Positions 55,717-64,000 of a DNA stretch of 64,000 nt are shown piece by piece (position 1 is the stretch's first letter; each line of letters opens with the position of its first letter). Below the pieces are notes generated by a model that saw only the letters and a program-made list of their open reading frames with translations, did no database searches and was not told the origin of the DNA. A program made the translations under genes and the position numbers. The DNA is from Microthrixaceae bacterium. GTDB taxonomy: Bacteria; Actinomycetota; Acidimicrobiia; Acidimicrobiales; VFJN01. The stretch is from assembly GCA_052386335.1 (NCBI GenBank), contig JBQTKH010000015.1:3383-67382 (forward strand), written 5' to 3'.

Positions 55717-58700
55717 GTGACGGCGGTCGAGCAGGTGCTGGCCGACATCCGCGACATCGCAACGGACGAGCACGACAAGGGCGATCGCTTTGAGCGCCTG
55801 ATGCTCCACGCGTTTCAGACCGATCGCACCTTCCAGCAGCAGTTCACCGAGGTGTGGCGGTGGATGGACTGGCCGGGTCGGAGCGGTGCGGACATCGGCG
55901 TCGACCTCGTCGCTCGCGACGCCGAAGGCCATCTGATCGCCATCCAGTGCAAGTGTTATGCCCCGACGGCGACGCTCACGAAGGAGGAGATCGACTCCTT
56001 CGTCGCCCTCTCGGGTCAGAAGCAGTGGTCTCGCCGGATCATCGTGGCCACCACCGATCTGTGGTCGGCCAACGCTGAGAAGTCCCTCGAGGGCCACGCC
56101 GTTCCGGTCGAGCGCATCGGCATCGACGACCTCGACGCCATGACCGTCGACTGGTCTTCCTACGACGTCGCCAACCCGTCAGGTCTCAAGGCGACCGCCC
56201 GCCACGAGCTGCGACCGCATCAGGTCGAGGCCGTCGACGATGTACGGACCGGCTTCGCAACGGCGGACCGGGGCAAGCTGATCATGGCCTGCGGAACCGG
56301 CAAGACCTTTACGGCGCTGCGCATCGCCGAGGAGCACGCCGGCGCCGGCAAGTCGGTGCTCTTCCTCGCGCCGTCGATCGCCCTCGTGGCTCAGTCGCTG
56401 AGGGAGTGGACCGCGGAGTGCACGGTGCCGATCCGGCCCTTCGCGGTCTGCTCCGACCCTACGGCGGGCAAGCCGATCGAAGGCGAGAACGCCACACCGC
56501 ACGACCTGGTCGTGCCGCCTACGACTGACCCGGAGGCTCTCATCGAGGCGGGCGTGCACAAGCTGCCCGCCGACGAGATGACGGTGGTGTTTTCGACTTA
56601 CCAGTCGATCCAAGTCGTCGCTGACATGCAGAAGGCCACCGGGCACACCTTCGACCTCGTGGTGTGCGACGAGGCGCACCGCACTGCCGGGATCGCCAGC
56701 GTCAAGGGCGAGGACAGCGCCTTCGCCCTGGTGCACGACAACGCCATCGTGCCCGCGACGAAGCGGCTCTATATGACCGCAACCCCGAAGCTGTTCAAGC
56801 CAATGGCCGTCGATGCGGCCAGGGAGCAGGACGCCATCCTCGCCTCGATGGACGAGCCCGAGTTCTTCGGAGAGGAGTTCCACCGGCTGGGCTTCGGCGA
56901 GGCCGTCGAGCAGGGGCTCCTCGCCGACTACCGGGTGCTGATCCTCACCGTCGACGAAGCGGCGGTCAGCGAATCGTTCCAAGACCTGCTCTCCACGAAC
57001 GGCGAGCTGAGCCTGCCCGATGTGGCCCGCTTCGTCGGCTGTCTCTCCGGCCTGGCGAAGCTGCCAGGCGCTGCCGGCGCAGGCTTTGCCGGTGACGAGC
57101 CCGCCATGCAGCGAGCGGTGGCGTTCTGGTCGAAGATCGCCGACTCGGAGCGCTTTGCCGAGCAGTTTGAGCAGGTTGCCGATGCGTACTTCGACCAGCT
57201 CGAGGCGGGCCCCGGTGGCGAGCAGATCAGGCCTCTGGCCGTCCCGACCCGCCACGTCGATGGCACCACGAAGATCAGCAGCCGTCGCACCGACATCCGC
57301 TGGCTCAAGGAGACGCCACCCGAGGGCGTGTGCCGGGTGCTCACCAACGCCAAGTGCCTCACCGAGGGCGTCGATGTGCCAGCGCTTGACGCGGTGATGT
57401 TCCTCACGCCTCGGCGCTCGAAGATCGACATCGTCCAGGCCGTCGGCCGGGTGATGCGCAAGCCGCCGGGCAAGCAGCTCGGCTACGTGATCCTCCCGAT
57501 CGCCATCACCGCCGGGCTCGACCCTGCGACCGCCCTCGATAAGAACACCGACTACGACGCCGTGTGGGAGGTGCTCCAGGCGCTGCGGGCGCACGACGAG
57601 CGCTTCAACGCCTACATCAACCGCATCGCCCTCGGCTCCACAAAGCCGGGCACGGGTCCGGACGACAAGGTCCAGGTGATCCCCGTCGACCTCGTCGGCC
57701 CCGACGGCGTTCCCGACGTCCAGGGTCGGCTGTTCGAGTACGAGGCGTGGACGAACGCGATCTACACGAAGATCGTTCAGAAGGTCGGCTCCCGCACCTA
57801 CTGGGAGGACTGGGCCCGCGACGTCGCCGCCATCGCCGCTCGCCACGAGGCTCGCATCAACACCATCCTCAGCAGCCAGCCGACGGCGGCGGCCGCGTTC
57901 GACGAGTTCCTCGCCGAGCTCCACGCCACGCTCAACGACAGCATCAGCCGTGACGACGCCGTGTCGATGGTGTCGCAGCACCTCATCACCCGGCCGATCT
58001 TCGAGGCACTGTTCGGCGACGACGCGTTCGGCCGGGCCAACCCCGTGTCCCTCGCCATGAGTGGGATCGTCGCCGTGCTCGACGAGCACCAGCTCCAGAC
58101 TGAGACCGAGCAGCTCGACGACTTCTTCGCCTCGATCCGCCGCCGGGTCGAGGGCATCCATCCCGACGACGGCCAGGCCCGCCAGCAGATCATCAAGGAT
58201 CTCTACGGGCGCTTCTTCAAGATCGCCTTCCCCAAGGTGGCCGACTCCCTCGGCATCGTCTACACGCCGCTCGAAGTGGTCGACTTCATCATCCGGGCCA
58301 CCGAGGCCGCGCTCGCCGAGCACTTCGACGGCGCCAGCCTCTCCGACGAGGGCGTGCACGTGCTCGACCCCTTCACGGGGACCGGCACCTTCATGACCCG
58401 CTTGCTGCAGTCCGGCTTCATCAAGCCCGAGGATCTCGATCGCAAGTTCGCCGGCGAGCTACACGCCAACGAGATCTTGCTCCTGGCGTACTACATCGCC
58501 GCAGTGAACATCGAAGCCACCTACCGCCAAGAACGGGCCCGGCAGACCGGCGCAGATCCCGGCTACGAGCCGTTCCCCGGTGTCGTGCTCACCGATACCT
58601 TCCAGCTCGGCGAGGCCGCCGACGGCACGGGCCAGTGGGACGTGTTCCCAGTGAACAACGAGCGGGCGACGAAGCAGAAGGCCCTCGACATCCGCGTGAT

Positions 58701-60603
58701 CCTCGGCAACCCGCCGTATTCGGTTGGCCAGGAGTCCGTCAACGACGACAACGCAAACCTCAAATATCCCCGCCTCGACTCATCCATCGCGGGGACCTAC
58801 GCCAAGCAATCGGGGGCCGCGAACAAGAACAAGCTGTACGACTCCTACATACGCGCAATCCGTTGGGCCTCGGATCGTCTGGCCGAGTCCCACCACGGTG
58901 GGGTGGTGTCATTCGTGACGAACGGTGCCTACATCGATTCCGGCAGCGCAGACGGCATCCGCCTCTCGTTGGCCGCGGAGTTCCACCACCTCTACGTCTT
59001 CAATCTTCGCGGGAATCAGAGAACAGCTGGCGATGTGTCTCGCAGGGAGGGTGGGAAGATCTTCGACTCCGGCAGTCGGGCGACCGTGGCGATCATGCTC
59101 CTGGTCAAACAGCCTGGGGCCGTACCGGAGTCTGGCGCCACGCTCCACTACCGCGACATAGGCGACTACCTCACGCGGGAGGGCAAGCTCGGCATCCTCT
59201 CTGCGGCGTTGCCCGTCGTCGCCAATGGGCCGACTGCGCTCGGAGGGCTGGGCTGGACCACTGTCCGACCGAACGCGCACGGGGACTGGATCAATCAGCG
59301 GTCGGAGTCGTTCGCCAAGCACATGCCTGCGCATTCGGACCGGGAGCCGTCATTTTTTGCGGTGCGCACGCGGGGACTGCTGACGTCGAGGGACGCCTGG
59401 AACTACAACAGCTCCCGGACGGCGCTCGACAGCAACACCTCGCGAATGCTGACGCACTACAACCTGCAGGTCGACCGATTCGAGGCGGCGTATCCAGACC
59501 TCACGGGAACGATGAGGAGTCGTACCGAGGTGGCAGCGAAGTTCGTCGACAGAGACCCGGGCCGCTTCAGCTGGGAGGGCGGGAACTTCAGCGACGTTGC
59601 TCGCGGAGCTCGGTACGGGTCCGATGACCTGTCAGTCATGGAGGCGGCGTATCGGCCCTTTCACCGACGGTGGGGAAATGCTGGCTCTCGACTGAATAGT
59701 CGGGTGTACCAACTGCCACGGGTGTTCCCCGATGATCAGGTAGACAACCTCGTCATCGGGGTGCTCGACAGCGGGAGTCCGGCACCGTTCTCGACCCTGT
59801 GTGCTCGGACCCTGCCCGACGACAAGCTGGTCGGCGCCGGGAACGCGATGCAGTTCCTCCCTCGATACGTATTCGATCTACCCAGTGGCTCCGCCGGGGA
59901 TGTCGCTCCGGGCCTCTTCGATGAAAGAGCGCCGGCAGACACCCAGGGACGCCTCCACAACGTCACCGATCACGCGCTCGCCATCTACCGCGCGTTGGAC
60001 CTGGCGATCGAGCGGGACGACATCTTCTTCTACGTCTACGGCATCCTCCACTCGCCCGATTACCGCACCGCGTTCGCCGCCGACCTGAAGAAGTCGTTGC
60101 CGCGCATCCCGCAGGTGACCTCCGCCGACGACTTCTGGGGGTTCTCGAAGGCCGGGCGAGAACTCGCCTCGCTGCACACCGAGTACGAGTCGGTCGAGCC
60201 CTGGCCGGAGCTGACCTACGCCTATGCCACGGACTTCGACGCCTCGCATCCCGATGCATACCGGGTGCTGAAGATGAAGCACCCCAAGGCTGCTGATCCG
60301 CTCGACCCGAAGGGCGCCAAGGTCGAGGATCGAAGCCGAATCATCTACAACGACTGGATCACCATCGGGGAGATCCCCGAGCGGGCCTACGACTACGAAC
60401 TCGGCTCGCGCTCAGCGATCGCCTGGGTGATGGAGTCCAACCGAGTCCGCACCGACAGGGCGTCGGGCATCCGCAACGACCCCAACGACTGGGCCGTCGA
60501 GCACGACGACCCCACCTACATCCTCGACCTCATCGGCCGGGTGGTCACCGTCTCGATACGAACGCTCGACATCGTTGACTCGCTCCCACACCTTGACCTT
60601 TGA
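55717..60603 (+). CDS. Type ISP restriction-modification enzyme (Mrr-like nuclease + SF2 helicase-like ATPase + N6-adenine methyltransferase + target recognition domain)
   Basis: GTG at 55717 (alternative ATG 55675) in ORF 55435..60603. Nuclease core: GADIGVDLVARD...IAIQCKCY. ATPase motifs: MACGTGKTF, VVCDEAHRTAG, MTATP, QAVGRVMR. MTase motifs: VLDPFTGTGTF and ILGNPPYSVGQ. The long C-terminal domain matches LlaGI/LlaBIII-type enzymes. Confidence 0.85.
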   Translation: MTAVEQVLADIRDIATDEHDKGDRFERLMLHAFQTDRTFQQQFTEVWRWMDWPGRSGADIGVDLVARDAEGHLIAIQCKCYAPTATLTKEEIDSFVALSGQKQWSRRIIVATTDLWSANAEKSLEGHAVPVERIGIDDLDAMTVDWSSYDVANPSGLKATARHELRPHQVEAVDDVRTGFATADRGKLIMACGTGKTFTALRIAEEHAGAGKSVLFLAPSIALVAQSLREWTAECTVPIRPFAVCSDPTAGKPIEGENATPHDLVVPPTTDPEALIEAGVHKLPADEMTVVFSTYQSIQVVADMQKATGHTFDLVVCDEAHRTAGIASVKGEDSAFALVHDNAIVPATKRLYMTATPKLFKPMAVDAAREQDAILASMDEPEFFGEEFHRLGFGEAVEQGLLADYRVLILTVDEAAVSESFQDLLSTNGELSLPDVARFVGCLSGLAKLPGAAGAGFAGDEPAMQRAVAFWSKIADSERFAEQFEQVADAYFDQLEAGPGGEQIRPLAVPTRHVDGTTKISSRRTDIRWLKETPPEGVCRVLTNAKCLTEGVDVPALDAVMFLTPRRSKIDIVQAVGRVMRKPPGKQLGYVILPIAITAGLDPATALDKNTDYDAVWEVLQALRAHDERFNAYINRIALGSTKPGTGPDDKVQVIPVDLVGPDGVPDVQGRLFEYEAWTNAIYTKIVQKVGSRTYWEDWARDVAAIAARHEARINTILSSQPTAAAAFDEFLAELHATLNDSISRDDAVSMVSQHLITRPIFEALFGDDAFGRANPVSLAMSGIVAVLDEHQLQTETEQLDDFFASIRRRVEGIHPDDGQARQQIIKDLYGRFFKIAFPKVADSLGIVYTPLEVVDFIIRATEAALAEHFDGASLSDEGVHVLDPFTGTGTFMTRLLQSGFIKPEDLDRKFAGELHANEILLLAYYIAAVNIEATYRQERARQTGADPGYEPFPGVVLTDTFQLGEAADGTGQWDVFPVNNERATKQKALDIRVILGNPPYSVGQESVNDDNANLKYPRLDSSIAGTYAKQSGAANKNKLYDSYIRAIRWASDRLAESHHGGVVSFVTNGAYIDSGSADGIRLSLAAEFHHLYVFNLRGNQRTAGDVSRREGGKIFDSGSRATVAIMLLVKQPGAVPESGATLHYRDIGDYLTREGKLGILSAALPVVANGPTALGGLGWTTVRPNAHGDWINQRSESFAKHMPAHSDREPSFFAVRTRGLLTSRDAWNYNSSRTALDSNTSRMLTHYNLQVDRFEAAYPDLTGTMRSRTEVAAKFVDRDPGRFSWEGGNFSDVARGARYGSDDLSVMEAAYRPFHRRWGNAGSRLNSRVYQLPRVFPDDQVDNLVIGVLDSGSPAPFSTLCARTLPDDKLVGAGNAMQFLPRYVFDLPSGSAGDVAPGLFDERAPADTQGRLHNVTDHALAIYRALDLAIERDDIFFYVYGILHSPDYRTAFAADLKKSLPRIPQVTSADDFWGFSKAGRELASLHTEYESVEPWPELTYAYATDFDASHPDAYRVLKMKHPKAADPLDPKGAKVEDRSRIIYNDWITIGEIPERAYDYELGSRSAIAWVMESNRVRTDRASGIRNDPNDWAVEHDDPTYILDLIGRVVTVSIRTLDIVDSLPHLDL

Positions 60604-60748
60604 GGTGGAGATGCGAGGGCGTCGGGGTGACAGTGCCACGGCCTCGGCCGCTGTGAGCCTCGTCGCTGGCGCGTGCGTTGCCAGAGTCACCTCGGTGCTT
60701 GCACGAAACCGCCGAAGCGCTGTCCCATGCCCTCGTTAGCCTCAAACA

Positions 60749-61642
60749 ATGGCGCCGAGACAGCCGACTCCAAGCGCGATGTCTATTGCTCTGCCGGGCG
60801 GGCGCGAGCTCGACATGGCGATTCGCATGCCCTCCGACGCCCAACAATTCACCGTCAGGCCGGTGCGTTCCATAGCGCCCCATCGCTTCGAGGCCTGCCC
60901 GATCTGCGGCAACCCGGCCACAACGAGCGAGCACGTTCCGCCCGCCGCCATGGGCGGTGTGGTCATGACTCGAACCTGCGAACCCTGCAACCACCGGCTG
61001 GGCAGCCACGTCGAGCCCGACCTAATCGATTGGGTCGACGGGGCGCTCACATTGACCGCTTTCGCTGGCGACGCCGTCGTCGGCCCCCGCTATGCGCGCC
61101 GCCTCCTTCACCGAACGACCGCCGCTGGCGAGTTCGTGCTCGTCATCGACGGAAAGCACGACGAGGCAATCCGGGACCTGCTCGCCAGTGGCACCGCACA
61201 ACTGTCCGCCTCGTTCCCGGACGAGAATCGGATGCGGATCGCTGCAATGAAGCACGCCTACCTCAGCGCCTGTCTCTACCTGCGCAGCGTCCCGCCGCAC
61301 TCCGACCAGATGCGTAGAGACTTGCTGGCGGCGCGGGACGCACAGCGTCGTGATGCCGTTCCGTACAGCCCGGTGGCAGCCGGTTTGACAGTCCTCCGAC
61401 TGGACCCCGACAGCGGCACTCTCCCGAGCGGACCGCTCGTCTACGCCATCGCACAGATCGACGGACAGTCAGTCCCGGGAGTGCTTCTAGGCGGCGCGAC
61501 GTTCGTGTCCTGGGCAGGCGATCTCAAGCCGGCCTCGACAATCACGCATCCCAATCGGATGACAGCAACGCTCGATGTCGGCGCGGCACTTTCGGGGACC
61601 ATCACGAGCGTGACCCCGGATATCGGGGCGTCGTCGACTTGA
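60749..61642 (+). CDS. HNH endonuclease-like protein
   Basis: 297-aa ORF (alternative starts at 60779 and 60815). CPICGNPATTSEHVPPAAMGG...CEPCNHRLG is an HNH/His-Me finger with flanking Cys pairs. Confidence 0.6.
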   Translation: MAPRQPTPSAMSIALPGGRELDMAIRMPSDAQQFTVRPVRSIAPHRFEACPICGNPATTSEHVPPAAMGGVVMTRTCEPCNHRLGSHVEPDLIDWVDGALTLTAFAGDAVVGPRYARRLLHRTTAAGEFVLVIDGKHDEAIRDLLASGTAQLSASFPDENRMRIAAMKHAYLSACLYLRSVPPHSDQMRRDLLAARDAQRRDAVPYSPVAAGLTVLRLDPDSGTLPSGPLVYAIAQIDGQSVPGVLLGGATFVSWAGDLKPASTITHPNRMTATLDVGAALSGTITSVTPDIGASST

Positions 61643-62745
61643 GTGAGACCGTCGACACCGAGTCCGTGCCAGTTCGCTATCTGCTGCCGATCCCAGCGTT
61701 CACGGTCCCTGGCCCCTGGTCTGTGGGTAGAACAACGCTGCATCCCATCGAAGCCGCTCCCGAGCTGCTCGCCGGCTCGCCGCCCGCGACTTTTCGCGAT
61801 GGCGGCGACATCGGCCCGGAGATCGCCCGCGTCCTCGAAGAGGCCGCGGCTGGGACGATCGCCGAGGTGCGCGACGCCAGCGACTCGAAGGAAGCCGTTG
61901 CTGCGGTCCGAGCAGCGCTCGACGCGCTCCGCTTGTTCTCGTGTAGCCGCCGCCTCACCCACACGCTCCCGTTCGGGCTGCCCGGGGACCTTGCACATGG
62001 GATCGTCAACTACGTCGCCGTTGGCAAGGTCAGTGCCCCCGGCTGGATGCGCGTCGGCGACCCACCGGGAGGCGGCTTCAACCAGGACGATCTCGATGCG
62101 TGGTCGAACTCTGGGGCGTTCCAGTTTCTGAGCGCCGCCATCGCAGACCCAAGCGCCTCTGAAGGTGCCCGACGCGCGTCGATCGGCGCTCAGCTCTTCA
62201 GCCGCGCCGCAGCTGAGCAACGGGCCGACATCAAGATGCTCGGGATCGTTGCCTCGCTCGAGGCTTGGCTCCTGCGTCGGAACGGCGGTCCACAGACTCT
62301 CCGGCTCGCAAGACACGTCAGCTGGTTCGGCTGCGGTCGCCACGAGGATGACCTCTGCGGCAGAAGTCGACCCGTTTGTCCGTACCTCCACCTCGAGCCT
62401 GGTCGGGACAACCGGCGGCTCAACACTCTGCGCGACCTGGGCAACGCCTACGCGGCGTGGCGATGCTCGGAATGGCACCAAGTCATGGACTGGTACGACG
62501 CCCGATCAGACGCCGCGCACGGCGGCGACCCGACCGACATCGACCCGAAGTACGCGGGCAGCGCTGAGTTCTGGGTCGCCCGGTACCTCGCCGAACCGAT
62601 CCTCGATTGGCTCCGCTCCCACCCCGACGATCCGATCGGCGACCTGGCGAACGAACTGGGTGCGGTTCCTGAGCCCGCCGGATGGGCGGCGATGGTCGCG
62701 GCGCTGGACGCTGATCCCCCGGCCCCGGCGCCGCCTCCGTTGTGA
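61639..62745 (+). CDS. hypothetical protein with an Rx4H (HEPN-like) motif
   Basis: 368-aa ORF whose TTG start overlaps the HNH gene stop (TTGA); an alternative GTG lies at 61666. The C-terminal WYDARSDAAHGG fits the HEPN Rx4-6H signature. No family recognised. Confidence 0.45.
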   Translation: MSETVDTESVPVRYLLPIPAFTVPGPWSVGRTTLHPIEAAPELLAGSPPATFRDGGDIGPEIARVLEEAAAGTIAEVRDASDSKEAVAAVRAALDALRLFSCSRRLTHTLPFGLPGDLAHGIVNYVAVGKVSAPGWMRVGDPPGGGFNQDDLDAWSNSGAFQFLSAAIADPSASEGARRASIGAQLFSRAAAEQRADIKMLGIVASLEAWLLRRNGGPQTLRLARHVSWFGCGRHEDDLCGRSRPVCPYLHLEPGRDNRRLNTLRDLGNAYAAWRCSEWHQVMDWYDARSDAAHGGDPTDIDPKYAGSAEFWVARYLAEPILDWLRSHPDDPIGDLANELGAVPEPAGWAAMVAALDADPPAPAPPPL

Positions 62746-62760
62746 GCCGAGCGGCTGCAC

Positions 62761-62779
62761 GGGGGGGGGTCGGGGGGGG
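62761..62779. repeat. tandem homopolymeric G tracts (G9-TC-G8) in a convergent intergenic gap
   Basis: Read directly from the sequence: GGGGGGGGG TC GGGGGGGG TC GCCGGG, between the stop at 62745 and the stop at 62788. Confidence 0.9.
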
Positions 62780-62787
62780 TCGCCGGG

Positions 62788-64000
62788 TTACGACGTGGGC
62801 ATCACCTGTTGAAGCCTGCGGCCAACACCTGCGAAACGCTGGTTCTGGGCGATGCGCTCAAAGAGCGTGTCGGGGGCACCCGCGAGCCGGAGCATGCCCA
62901 TGACGAACAGGTAGTAAGCGGACTCGGCGAGCCAGTAGAGAAGCTCGGAGTCGCGAGCCGGGATTCGGTCTGTGTGGTGTGCGAGGTCGACCCGGGATGC
63001 CTTGAGAACCTTGGCCCAGGCCTCCGGTTTGCCCATCGTGTCGGTGAACGGAGCCCCGGCGAGGTCTTGACATCGCATGATGCGCTTGTAGAACGACTGC
63101 TCGTCGTTGTTGTGCCGCACGCGGTCAAACCCCTCCAGAGCGGCTGCCCGATTGAAGAGCTTGTCATCGAGCATCTGTGAGCTCCGATGGCGGGTAACCA
63201 TCACCCGGCCGATCGCGGTGCGGTGCTCGTGCGCGAGGGCGCACCATCGGCTGACCGTGTCCATTCCTCCGGCCGCTTCGAGAGTGAACAGGAGGTCGTG
63301 GTAGCCGATGGCCTCGGTGTTGCGGGCCTCCCAGTTCAACCATTGCGCGTAGAACTCAGCGTTGAGCGGGATCGGATCAGCTCCCGGACGCTCGTGGGCG
63401 AGGTCGGGATGGCGGAACTCGACCGCCTCGAACGTGGATGCTCGGTCGACCCCGATGGAAACAAGCTGCTGCACGTACGTGGCGGTTTGGAGGAACTCCT
63501 CGATGCCGCGCTGGTCGCCGGCTAGACGCAGGACGAAGTCGCGCGTCCATGCCCGTGAGGTGATGCGATCCCCGTCGGTGCCCATCTGCTCGATCAGATC
63601 GAGTTGCATCCCGTTGTTCAACGCGATGGTCATTTCGGGGACCCACTGGTGGGTGAGGGTCCAGGACGGCTCCCCTTCTGGCGCCTTCCCGGGGAAGTAG
63701 CCCGTCTCACCGAAACCACCCTGAGCGATCCAGTACGTGAAGTGCAGCAGCCGCACGTCAACTCGGGTCGCTTCAACGGGCTCGTCGAGCTCGAACCCGA
63801 TGCCCCGTAGCGCGTGGCCGACGTGGACGACCTCGGTCGAGGACCCGGGTGCCGACCCTCCGAGGATGTTGCTTGCGCTGGTCTGGAAGCACCCCTCGAG
63901 AGTGAAGTACTTCCCTCCCGCCGCTCCACAGACCCGCCCGTAATTCCCTGACCGTTCGAAGTCGCTGTCGTCCAGCTCGACCGACGAGCCTCCACCGAGG
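62788..64000 (-). CDS. ApeA-like HEPN domain protein (N-terminus outside window)
   Basis: The reading frame of ORF 62788..63756 stays open upstream to base 64000 (translated by hand: LGGGSSVELDDSDFERSGNYGRVCGAAGGKYFTLEGCFQ...). The C-terminal KASRVDLAHH fits Rx4H. The overall layout resembles ApeA-type single-gene defence proteins. Confidence 0.5.
   Translation of the reverse strand, partial: LGGGSSVELDDSDFERSGNYGRVCGAAGGKYFTLEGCFQTSASNILGGSAPGSSTEVVHVGHALRGIGFELDEPVEATRVDVRLLHFTYWIAQGGFGETGYFPGKAPEGEPSWTLTHQWVPEMTIALNNGMQLDLIEQMGTDGDRITSRAWTRDFVLRLAGDQRGIEEFLQTATYVQQLVSIGVDRASTFEAVEFRHPDLAHERPGADPIPLNAEFYAQWLNWEARNTEAIGYHDLLFTLEAAGGMDTVSRWCALAHEHRTAIGRVMVTRHRSSQMLDDKLFNRAAALEGFDRVRHNNDEQSFYKRIMRCQDLAGAPFTDTMGKPEAWAKVLKASRVDLAHHTDRIPARDSELLYWLAESAYYLFVMGMLRLAGAPDTLFERIAQNQRFAGVGRRLQQVMPTS

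Larger units (their letters stand above)
40068..64000. mobile_element. integrated mobilizable genomic (defence) island, tRNA-Gly-associated; distal end outside the window
   Basis: It starts at the tRNA-Gly 3' fragment and contains T4CP, MobF relaxase and a Xis-like HTH plus several defence/toxin modules. Stretches around 42.8-46 kb look more A/T-rich than the core by eye. No integrase and no second repeat copy lie in the window. Confidence 0.65.

Overview
High-GC, Actinomycetota-like chromosomal segment (the taxon is an inference from composition and gene content only). Bases 1-40067 look like ordinary core genome. This part holds a citrate synthase 3' end, a Qor-like oxidoreductase, an acyl-CoA dehydrogenase, a Liv-type amino-acid ABC importer operon, a Bpa-like protein and tRNA-Val(GAC). 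It also holds a homogentisate (tyrosine catabolism) operon with a divergent Lrp regulator, an MsbA-like exporter, PutA, HU, a DyP peroxidase operon and tRNA-Cys(GCA). The rest of the core part is a P450/TetR/CFA-synthase/cupin cluster, a lone receiver plus an orphan FtsX permease, and an EamA transporter with a His-rich tail. At 40068-40112 a 45-nt copy of the 3' half of tRNA-Gly(GCC) marks the edge of an integrated, mobilizable, defence-rich island. The island runs at least 24 kb, to the window end. It carries AbiEi/AbiEii, an Mrr-nuclease/STAND NTPase split by a 1-nt frameshift plus a PD-(D/E)xK-like partner, a T4CP + MobF relaxase + Xis-like HTH module, a Type ISP restriction-modification enzyme, an HNH + Rx4H (HEPN-like) pair and a partial ApeA-like HEPN gene. 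It also carries a translationally coupled cassette of UvrD-like helicase, DarT-like (DUF4433-like) ADP-ribosyltransferase and ARH-family ADP-ribosylglycohydrolase. That cassette is the best candidate for an undescribed system. No rRNA, CRISPR array, transposase or integrase is present in the window. All family calls come from motif recognition by eye, because no searches could be run. Start codons are best guesses from in-frame ATG/GTG/TTG positions. Most of the long overlapping or antisense ORFs in the track are high-GC artefacts.
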